DNA of 64,000 bases from an uncultured Myxococcales bacterium (GTDB lineage: Bacteria; Myxococcota_A; Polyangia; Palsa-1104; JAEUJZ01). How positions within the stretch are numbered: position 1 is the first letter of the stretch; every line of letters starts with the position of its first letter. The position numbers and the translations under genes are program-made. Location: assembly GCA_964554495.1 (NCBI GenBank), contig CAZKOY010000012.1:1665-65664 (forward strand), read 5' to 3'. The notes under the pieces are model-generated. The model was not told the DNA's origin. It saw only the letters and a program-made list of their open reading frames with translations, and made no database searches. Positions 28,301 to 36,080 of this stretch are shown one piece after another.

Positions 28301-29527
28301 TTACGGCCCAAGCGCTGCGCGGTCTTCGTCACGCCATTCGCAGTGCGTGGTGCGCGGGACCAGGACGCTCTGCACTTCGCCGCAGCGGCAGGGTTGATAG
28401 ACGCTTTGCACAAAGGCGCGCAGGTCGCGGCGCGCTTCAAGCTCGTCTCCGTCGGGCAGGCACACGACGAAGCGGCGCGAGAGGAAGCGAACCGTCAGAT
28501 TGCCGACGGTGTGATCGCCGCGAAACGTCGGATGGTCAAAGGCGGCAAGCAGGCAGAACAGCCCGTGGTCGTGCAGCGACTGACGCTTCGCCGAGCGCAG
28601 CCCCTTGGACAGCGACAAGAGCGGCGCCAGCGTGGGCACATCACCCGAAGCCGGGATGCGCCGCGACGTCGTCAGCGCGGCATCGGTGAAGTAATGAATG
28701 CCAGGCCGCCCGTACAGCCGAAAGAAATAGGGGATGTCGCCGCGCTGAAGCTGTTCGCGTTCGGCCGCAAGCAGCGGCGGATCGAGCTGCGCAGTGGGGC
28801 GCAGATAGTCCCCCGTGCTGCGCAGGCAGACGCGCAGCGGCGCGCTGTACACATCGGGAAGCTCTGACAAAGTCGCAGCGATTGCATCGCCATGACGATC
28901 GAGCGCACTCAAGGTCTGGTGATACGCACGCACCATCACAAGCAGGTCCGAGATCACCACCGGCTTCCCCAAAAAAGGAAGGACGCGCCGCACGCCGCAA
29001 GCGTGTCGATACAGCGCTGCATAGTGCGCGTCGGCTTCCGGCAGAAGTCGCGTGGCCGTGGGCAGATCGTGATCGTCCAGCATGAGCTCGACATCAAGCG
29101 GAGCCAGCACGATCCGCCCCTGCGCGTCGGTCCCGAGCGCAAGGTTTTCCCAGTGCAGATCGCCCAGGCCCAGCCAGCTATACAGCGCGATGGCGCACCC
29201 GGTGATATCGGCAAGCTGCTGGCGCTGATTTGCGGAAACGGAAGAAAGCGGAGATAGCGCGATGTGCTCTACATCACCCGCCATGGCGCCGATTCCTTTT
29301 TCGCGCGCGTGCGCCATTCCGAATTCTAGGTTGGGCAGAAAGTCAGTACGAATTCCCTCGCCATCGCCCCGGTAAAGACGAGCCAAGAGCTGACGCAGCG
29401 GGCTTTCGCTCGACAGAAGCAGCCATTCCCAAAAGACAGTCCGCGGCTTGAAGATGCGCCCATCGCGCTTTTGGACGTGCCGACCAAAGTTGTGACTGTC
29501 ACCCAGTCTGTGCGTCTGCCGAGACAT
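28301..29527 (-). CDS. Stand-alone LanM-type dehydratase domain (DUF4135), no cyclase
   Basis: LGDSH, FKPR, GDLHWEN, LDVE, RVCLRST, E..QL.RGDIPYFF; no LanC-like domain follows; likely ATG 29527. Confidence 0.75.
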   Translation of the reverse strand: MSRQTHRLGDSHNFGRHVQKRDGRIFKPRTVFWEWLLLSSESPLRQLLARLYRGDGEGIRTDFLPNLEFGMAHAREKGIGAMAGDVEHIALSPLSSVSANQRQQLADITGCAIALYSWLGLGDLHWENLALGTDAQGRIVLAPLDVELMLDDHDLPTATRLLPEADAHYAALYRHACGVRRVLPFLGKPVVISDLLVMVRAYHQTLSALDRHGDAIAATLSELPDVYSAPLRVCLRSTGDYLRPTAQLDPPLLAAEREQLQRGDIPYFFRLYGRPGIHYFTDAALTTSRRIPASGDVPTLAPLLSLSKGLRSAKRQSLHDHGLFCLLAAFDHPTFRGDHTVGNLTVRFLSRRFVVCLPDGDELEARRDLRAFVQSVYQPCRCGEVQSVLVPRTTHCEWRDEDRAALGP

Positions 29528-29599
29528 GGCGCGCAGTGTGGCCCGCCACCAAACAGCAGACAAGGACGATGGCGCCGCAGTCTTGCTGTCGCGATCGGT

Positions 29600-30754
29600 C
29601 TAAAGCGGCTTCCCAACCGAGCGAAGTACCGCGGCAAGCTCGTCGGGGGACAGGGCAGAAAGCGCAGCCGATAGGCCCGTCAGGTCGATGCGGGCGGGGC
29701 TTGTCGCAGCCGTCGGGCTGGACAGCGCAGCCGACACTTTGCGCGCCTTGGTATTGGCCAGCGTGTCGGGGTGAACATAGTGGCGCGCCGTGACGGCAAA
29801 GCTGCCATGACCCAGCGCCGCTGCGACGACGCCCGACGTGGCGCCGCGCTCCATCGCGATCGTCGAGTGCAGGCCGCGCAGGCTGTGCGGACAGACCTTG
29901 GGCACACCCGCGAGCACGCAGTAGCGCTGCAGCCGATCCCACAGATAGTCGTTGGTCAGAAGCTTGCCGCTGCCAAAGAGCAGATCCTCGGGGCGCTTGC
30001 CCACTGTCTGACGCTGCAGAAGGGCGCGCAGCGGCTCGCTTTCGATCGACAGCGAGCGGCGGGCATTCTTCGTCTTGCCACCCGGAATGCACAGCGCGCG
30101 TCCGCCGTCGTCGAGATCGCGCACCCGGCGGCCCAGCACTTCCGACGAGCGCAGGCCCAGCACAAGCTGCACCAGCACCGCCGTCGCGCCTTCGTCGCCG
30201 GACTCGGCTCGCTGCAGCAGCCAAGCGTTCAGCGTGCGCGCTTCGTCGATCGTAAGCTGCGCCTTGCCGGTGTTGACGCGCCCGATGGGCTTGACCTTGT
30301 CGAAGGGGTTCTGTGACAGGTACCGGCGCTCGTCGATGACCCAGCGAAAGAACGCCTTGGTCTGCCGCAACAGCATGCGATGCGTGCAGGCTGCCACCGT
30401 GCGGCCAAACTTCGTCACGCGCTGCGTCTCGTCGTTGTACAGCGTCGCCGCGACATCCGGCGTGATCGCACTCAGCGCGGCATCCTGCGGCAGAAAGCGC
30501 GTCAGGCGGTTTTCGATGCACGCAATCGATGCATCTTTGAGCCCACTGCGCCGCAGATGGGTCAGGTATTCAGCCAGCACATCGCCGACGGTGCGAGTCG
30601 CCTGATCCGCAATCGTGCGCGCGATCTGGGCTCGCAGTGCCTCGGCCTCCTCTCGGCTGTGGCACCACAGCGATCGGCGCTCGGGCATGAACACGACCAA
30701 GCGAAACTTCCCGCCCTCGGAATAGGGGCCAATGACTCGGTACTCTTTGGCCAT
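29600..30754 (-). CDS. Tyrosine recombinase / site-specific integrase
   Basis: Catalytic pattern GLRSSE (R), KTK (K), HSLR (H-x-x-R), LGH, ARHY (Y); N-terminal SAM-like region; ATG 30754. Confidence 0.9.
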   Translation of the reverse strand: MAKEYRVIGPYSEGGKFRLVVFMPERRSLWCHSREEAEALRAQIARTIADQATRTVGDVLAEYLTHLRRSGLKDASIACIENRLTRFLPQDAALSAITPDVAATLYNDETQRVTKFGRTVAACTHRMLLRQTKAFFRWVIDERRYLSQNPFDKVKPIGRVNTGKAQLTIDEARTLNAWLLQRAESGDEGATAVLVQLVLGLRSSEVLGRRVRDLDDGGRALCIPGGKTKNARRSLSIESEPLRALLQRQTVGKRPEDLLFGSGKLLTNDYLWDRLQRYCVLAGVPKVCPHSLRGLHSTIAMERGATSGVVAAALGHGSFAVTARHYVHPDTLANTKARKVSAALSSPTAATSPARIDLTGLSAALSALSPDELAAVLRSVGKPL

Positions 30755-31009
30755 CGTCTGATTTTCGTTCAGAAAACCGCTTGCTGGCGACAGCTTTTGC
30801 AGGCTTTGTCTGCAGATTGTGGCCTCCAGTGTGCGACGGAGACACCGCCTGCGCACAGGCCCGCCGGCTGCACCCAGGCCGCCTCAGCCGCTGCTTTGCC
30901 GCCGGACTCGGGCTTTGGCGACGTTCCAGAAACCGCATACTGCACGAATGCATTGTTGTTTTGAGTTACATTCAAATCTCACGAAACAGAGACAGGGGAG
31001 GATGGACCC

Positions 31010-31273
31010 ATGGCGCTTTCGGCACTTGTGGTCTGGTTGCTGGTTGGCTTCATCGCGGGCTGGCTGGCGTCGCTGATCGTCGGGCGCGGTGGCGGCATTT
31101 TGTGGGACATCCTGGTCGGCATCCTGGGCGCGTACGTCGGTGGTCACTTGTTCCACTGGCTGGGACTGCGCGTGCCGCTGCGCGGTCTGCCGGGGACGAT
31201 CCTGGTCGCAGTGGTCGGCGCCGTCGTCTTTCTGCTGGTGCTGCGCTTCGTCCTGCGCCTGGTGCGCAGCTAG
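31010..31273 (+). CDS. GlsB/YeaQ/YmgE family (transglycosylase-associated) small membrane protein
   Basis: WLLVGFIAGWLASLIV, DILVGILGAYVGG, ILVAVVGAVVFL; GGAGG RBS. Confidence 0.9.
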   Translation: MALSALVVWLLVGFIAGWLASLIVGRGGGILWDILVGILGAYVGGHLFHWLGLRVPLRGLPGTILVAVVGAVVFLLVLRFVLRLVRS

Positions 31274-31389
31274 CGTCGTCTGGCGTCGAGCCTGAAGAAG
31301 ATTTGGAATAACAATAAAGTTTATGTTTGTTAATAACGAAAGCTAGTGAAGTACATGATGCGGGACGTGCCCATTTGCATAGCGCGCAG

Positions 31390-33213
31390 CTAGCTCTTGC
31401 CGGCGGCGCTGTCTTTGTCGCGAGCGTCGGTCGGATGCAGGCCATAGGCGCGCAGCTTTTCGTAGAGCGTCCGCAGCGGAATGCCCAGCAGCGAGGCGGC
31501 TTCTCGCACGACGCCTTGCGATTCGTTTATGGCCTCGCGGATGCGGGTCTTTTCTAGCTGCTGGATCTCGGCGGGCAGAGTCTGCCGTTTCCCCGGTTTC
31601 CCCGACGGGTCGAGCTGAGATTTCGCAGGGGCGCTCACGGGCCCGCCCGGCGGCTGGAGCTGCGCCGAAAGATGCCAGGGCTCGACGGTGACGTCTTCGA
31701 CGGTGGCCGCCCAGTATTCTGTCTCGTTCTTGAGCTGACGCACGTTGCCCGGCCAGCCATAGCGGAGGATGCATTCCATGGCGGCATCGGCGATATGCAT
31801 CGGGGCGCGACGCAGACGCTGGCAGGCGGCCCGCAAGAAGGTCCGAACCAGGATCGGCAGCTCGCGCGGACGCGCCCGCAGCGGCGGCAGAACGACGACA
31901 CCGGCCCGAATGCGATACAGCAAGTCCTCTCGAAAGCGCCCGCTGCGAATATCGTCATCTAGGTTCCGGTGCGTCGCTGCCACCAACCGAGCATTGAAGG
32001 CGCGCTCGTGCGTCGCTCCTACCGGCGTCAGCTTGTGCGTTTCCAGAGCGCGCAGCAGCTTGGCCTGAACCGCGAGGCTGATCTCGCCCAGTTCATCCAA
32101 GAAAATGGTGCCGCCGCTGGCGCTCTCTAGAAAGCCGCGGTGATCTGAGGTCGCTGACGTGAACGCGCCGCGGACGTGCCCGAACAACAGGCTCTCTGCC
32201 AGGGCATCCGGCAGCGTGGCGCAGTTCACCGAGATGAGCGGGCCAGCCCGTCGCTGCGACCAGATGTGCAGGGCCCGCGCCACCAGCTCTTTGCCGGTGC
32301 CGGTTTCCCCGGTGATCAGGACCGGAATGTCGCTCATCGCCAGCCGCTCGACGAGCTTGTAGACACGCTGCATCGCTGGATCCGCGACGATGAGCTCGTC
32401 TTCGCCAATGCGACGCGACATCGGCATCGCATCGGCAGCGAGAAGCTGCCCCGGTGCTGCGCTCAGCGCGGCAGCGGATGCCGCATCAAGCAGGGTATCG
32501 GCGTCTCCCCCGTCGCTGGGACACTGGGCATAGCCCACCCGAGCCGAGCGACAGTGCGGAGCCAGCGTGTGCAGGATCTTGGCTGCATGGTCGGCGACTT
32601 CATCGCGGGTCATCTCGGGAGCGACCACCGCCAACTGGTTCGGGCTCAGCCACGCCGACAGATCGACGCGCCGCAGCGCGGTTCGCAGCAGCGCCACCAC
32701 GCCGCTGTCGGGACGGACCGGCTCGCCAAGCTCGGCAACCAACAGGGCCATCGGGCGGTGATAGCGCATCGTCCGTTCGACTTCGTCGGCCAAGCAGACC
32801 CGCAACTGCGCCACGTCCAAGACAGGTCGACGGCCGGCCGTGGCCTGGTGCTGCAGCAACAGCGTCGAGCCGCAGATCGTGACGACATCGCGCGAGGTCA
32901 GCACCCGCGGCTTGGTCACTTTCTCGCCGTTGACATAGGTGCCGTTGTGGCTGTCGAGGTCGACGATGCGGACCTCGCTGGGGGTCAGAATCAGACAGGC
33001 GTGTCGGCGAGACGCCGTCGGATCGGCGAGTCGTATCGGCGCATCCTGGGCTCGCCCGATCACCCACTCGCCGATGTCCGGCAGAGGCTGCAGGCGCGAG
33101 GTGACCCCTTCGATCAACAGCAAAGAGGACGCCCCCGCGGTCCCGCCTGCCCCTGGCAGTGTGTGAACCGTCAGCGTCTCGGCCAGTTGCTCTTTCGGGT
33201 TGGCAATGGACAT
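31390..33213 (-). CDS. FHA-domain sigma54-dependent enhancer-binding protein with a degenerate GGDEF-like middle domain
   Basis: FHA (IGR..., ASRRHA, DLDSHNGTYVNG); AAA+ GETGTGKEL, GAFTSA, FLDELGE, RFREDLLYR, WPGNVRQL; HTH AASLLGIPLRTLYEKL. Confidence 0.92.
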   Translation of the reverse strand: MSIANPKEQLAETLTVHTLPGAGGTAGASSLLLIEGVTSRLQPLPDIGEWVIGRAQDAPIRLADPTASRRHACLILTPSEVRIVDLDSHNGTYVNGEKVTKPRVLTSRDVVTICGSTLLLQHQATAGRRPVLDVAQLRVCLADEVERTMRYHRPMALLVAELGEPVRPDSGVVALLRTALRRVDLSAWLSPNQLAVVAPEMTRDEVADHAAKILHTLAPHCRSARVGYAQCPSDGGDADTLLDAASAAALSAAPGQLLAADAMPMSRRIGEDELIVADPAMQRVYKLVERLAMSDIPVLITGETGTGKELVARALHIWSQRRAGPLISVNCATLPDALAESLLFGHVRGAFTSATSDHRGFLESASGGTIFLDELGEISLAVQAKLLRALETHKLTPVGATHERAFNARLVAATHRNLDDDIRSGRFREDLLYRIRAGVVVLPPLRARPRELPILVRTFLRAACQRLRRAPMHIADAAMECILRYGWPGNVRQLKNETEYWAATVEDVTVEPWHLSAQLQPPGGPVSAPAKSQLDPSGKPGKRQTLPAEIQQLEKTRIREAINESQGVVREAASLLGIPLRTLYEKLRAYGLHPTDARDKDSAAGKS

Positions 33214-33324
33214 GAGCCTGGCTTTCATACCATGGTCCGTCGCAGCAACGAAGCGAGCCTGCTTTGGGCTGCGTTCGGCGGGGCTTCAAGCGAAAATGAA
33301 GACCGCATCCCCGTGGAGGTTGTC

Positions 33325-34524
33325 ATGCGATCCCGTCCGCTCGCCGCTCTTGCGGTTCCCTGCTTGCTTGCGCCCGCCTGTTTCTGGGAGCGCCTGCCGT
33401 CGGCATCCACGCCGCCAAGCTGCGCCGAGGTGTCCACGATCCCAGCCGCAACCGCTTCCAGCATGGCGTCGCAGTTCGGCCACTATATATCAATGAACGA
33501 TCAATATGTGGCAATTAGCGGCATTGATCAAAGCCAAGGGTCGGCTTTTGCGCGAATTTATGTTTTCCAAATGAACGGAACGAATTCTGGTCTGTCACAG
33601 CCCGTCCCTAGCATACATGGTCGCGATGGATTCGACATTAAGAATGATACCATTACAGGTTTTCCTCCTGCCAATAATCCAAATTTTAACGTAAAGTCAA
33701 CGCAAATTACAACATTAGAGATCAGTACGTATGCGCGAGACCCTGTTACTAAATATTTCGGGGGCTATGGTCAAACGATCCTCAGTCGGCACGGACGGGT
33801 ATTCGTTAGTAACAATAATAATGATAGCGAAGGCCCCCCGATCCTTGAGCTCAGGGGCGCCCAGCTTGAGGGGCTGTTCGGCAAGGCCAACTTCCCTGGA
33901 ACCTGGGGGCGCCCGCTGCTCGGATCAAGCAAGTGGCTCGTGACCGGTGGCCAGGCTATGATCATCGGAAACAATTTTCAGTTTTCGCCATTAACTACCG
34001 CGAACGTTCAAGGTAGTTGGAAATTAGTCAGTGAAAATCTGCAAAACAGTAACTGTATATTTCAGGCAGCACATAATCCAGACGAGAATAATAAGTGGCT
34101 AGGTGCGCAGCCCAATGCCGCGCTGGCTGGGGATATGTTGGTGGCTCAGGCTACCTGCAACGGGGCGAACCATATTTTGATGTTCGCGTTGGCAGAAAGC
34201 GGCGCTCGGCGACTTGAGAGCCCGGTACTAAATACCATTCCAGACATCCTGGGTGCCTCGCGGCTGACGTTGGCCCGCGATACCGAACACGATGGCAGCC
34301 TGACGGCCATCGGTGCGCTTTATGTAAACCTCAGCGCGGGGACGGTCTGGGTGACCCGCATCAGCGCCGATGCGCCGGGGCTTGCCACGCCGACACCGCT
34401 GCGTTCGTCGAATGGTGCGCCGAGCAGCAACTATGGCGGTGGCCTGGCGGTCTCGGGCTCGCTGGTCGCGGTGGGCGATCCGACGCCGACCGGAGGCTCG
34501 GTCCACATCTTCCGCTGCCAGTAG
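33325..34524 (+). CDS. Putative lipoprotein with FG-GAP-like terminal motifs and a low-GC variable core
   Basis: ATG 33325 with GGAGG RBS (the ORF-track extension to 32176 is antisense shadow); signal ending APAC; FGHYISMNDQYVAISG and YGGGLAVSGSLVAVGDP. Confidence 0.7.
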   Translation: MRSRPLAALAVPCLLAPACFWERLPSASTPPSCAEVSTIPAATASSMASQFGHYISMNDQYVAISGIDQSQGSAFARIYVFQMNGTNSGLSQPVPSIHGRDGFDIKNDTITGFPPANNPNFNVKSTQITTLEISTYARDPVTKYFGGYGQTILSRHGRVFVSNNNNDSEGPPILELRGAQLEGLFGKANFPGTWGRPLLGSSKWLVTGGQAMIIGNNFQFSPLTTANVQGSWKLVSENLQNSNCIFQAAHNPDENNKWLGAQPNAALAGDMLVAQATCNGANHILMFALAESGARRLESPVLNTIPDILGASRLTLARDTEHDGSLTAIGALYVNLSAGTVWVTRISADAPGLATPTPLRSSNGAPSSNYGGGLAVSGSLVAVGDPTPTGGSVHIFRCQ

Positions 34525-34547
34525 GGCGCAGCGAAAAAGCGGTCAAT

Positions 34548-36080
34548 TTAGCGCTCGGCAGCCTGCGCCTTTCGGCCATAGCGGACGCTCTGCCAGCCAA
34601 GAAGCGCGGCGCCCGAGAGCAAGAGCGCACCGCCGGCCACCCCAGCGATGCCAGAAGGCCACGTGCGCAGCACTTCCGTGTCCTGGGGAAGGTCCGCCAC
34701 CGGGCGCGTGATCCGCTGATCCAGGGCCCAGGCTGTAATGCCCCCGGCCAGAGCCAGCACACCCAAGGTTCCCGAGAGCCACGCCGCCACGCGCAGGCGC
34801 TGGGCGGTGCGCGCGGCGGGGTTTACCTGCAGGACAAAAGGCGGGGGCGTTTGCACGCTGCTCGCCGGGACGTCTAGCTCGGCCCGCAGCGGCAGATAAC
34901 CGGACTTGCGCAGAAGCACGCGACGTGGGCCGCCAAGAACGGTCAGCAAGGCCGGGGTCTGGGCCTGGGCGCTCTCGGCGCCGTCGATCAAGATCTGCGC
35001 GCCAGACGGCACACTGCGTAGCTGCACCTGCGCCGTTGCACAGGAGTCGGCCGCGGCCAGCGCTTGACGCAGCGTGGCTTCGGCTTGTCGAAGCTCGGAC
35101 TCTTGCATGCACTGCGCACAAAGGGTCAGGCGGCCTTCGGTGCAGGCCACGCCAGCCGCCACCTGGATGACCTCGATGCCGAGCGGTTCCCCCGGCCCCG
35201 GCCCTGGTGACGAGAGCAGCCGAAACCACAGGCGAGCCCCCAGCGTGCGCGCGACATCCAGGGCACAGCGCAGATCGGCCAAGCAGTGGGCCCGCTGGCC
35301 CCGCAGCGCGACGAGCACGCGCGGCGACGAGATGGGCTGGCGATGGCTGCGCAGCAAGGTACGGGTGAGCAGCCCGGCAAGCGGCGTGGTCGGCACGATC
35401 GGCGAATCATCCAAGGTCACGAGCACCGGCTGTGCGCTTCCTGCGGTCGGCTCGCGGCCGGGAAAAAAGTCTTCGACGATCAGCGGCACGTCGAGCTGCG
35501 TCTGAATTTTCACCTGCAACGTGGGACGGTCGCAGCGCGGTCCGCCGAGCGCGATCTCGTGCTCTCCAGGGGTCGTCACGTGCGTGAAGTCCGACTGCAG
35601 CAGCCCAACCCACCTGCGGTCGATACAGAGCATTCGCTGATCCGCGCCGACGACGATCAGCTCGGCCGACTGCGGCAGCGCTTGATCAATCCGCTGCTGC
35701 AGCCGCCGCCGCACGTCATCCGACGGCTGTCCCAGCTTCAGGTACAGGCGCAACAAATCGACGGCGCGCAGGCGTTGTTCCGGTCGCGCGGTGGCGACGT
35801 CAAGAAGCTGAGCCAAGTACAAGATCAGCTCGGGATGGGCCTCGCTTAGGTAGGCGCGTTCGATGTGCTGATCGGCCTGCTCGATCTGTCCGCGGCGCAC
35901 CGCTGCTTGCGCGTCCGCCAGCGCCTGGCGTGCTGCGGGCGATTGCAGCCGCGGCTCGACGGCAACTGGCTGGGCTTGCAGGGGCTGCACGCTGCCGCAA
36001 AGCAGCACCAAAAAAAGACCGATAAGGGCACGCTGCGGCTGCCGGATGTATGACCGCGCGCGGCGCTTTTTCTTGCTCAT
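34548..36080 (-). CDS. TPR + PEGA domain exported/membrane protein
   Basis: Signal peptide; TPR-like helix pair (IERAYLSEAHPELILYLAQ); PEGA LRSVPSGAQILIDG...TP...LRKSGY; C-terminal hydrophobic hairpin; 4-nt overlap with the kinase gene. Confidence 0.8.
   Translation of the reverse strand: MSKKKRRARSYIRQPQRALIGLFLVLLCGSVQPLQAQPVAVEPRLQSPAARQALADAQAAVRRGQIEQADQHIERAYLSEAHPELILYLAQLLDVATARPEQRLRAVDLLRLYLKLGQPSDDVRRRLQQRIDQALPQSAELIVVGADQRMLCIDRRWVGLLQSDFTHVTTPGEHEIALGGPRCDRPTLQVKIQTQLDVPLIVEDFFPGREPTAGSAQPVLVTLDDSPIVPTTPLAGLLTRTLLRSHRQPISSPRVLVALRGQRAHCLADLRCALDVARTLGARLWFRLLSSPGPGPGEPLGIEVIQVAAGVACTEGRLTLCAQCMQESELRQAEATLRQALAAADSCATAQVQLRSVPSGAQILIDGAESAQAQTPALLTVLGGPRRVLLRKSGYLPLRAELDVPASSVQTPPPFVLQVNPAARTAQRLRVAAWLSGTLGVLALAGGITAWALDQRITRPVADLPQDTEVLRTWPSGIAGVAGGALLLSGAALLGWQSVRYGRKAQAAER

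Noticed and set aside
29528-29599. Search for a lanthipeptide precursor beside the DUF4135 gene
   Set aside because: The flanking gaps (42 and 72 nt) hold no small Ser/Thr/Cys-rich ORF with a leader motif.
29564-31009. tRNA or direct-repeat att sites flanking the integrase
   Set aside because: No cloverleaf or matching direct repeats were found by eye, so element boundaries are not called.
31304-31331. TTATGTT resembling the XerD arm of a dif site
   Set aside because: No matching XerC arm at a 6-bp spacing; the right arm diverges after 7 nt.
32176-33324. N-terminal 383 codons of the 782-aa ORF 32176..34524
   Set aside because: Antisense shadow of the sigma54 EBP; the real gene starts at ATG 33325 with a GGAGG RBS and signal peptide.
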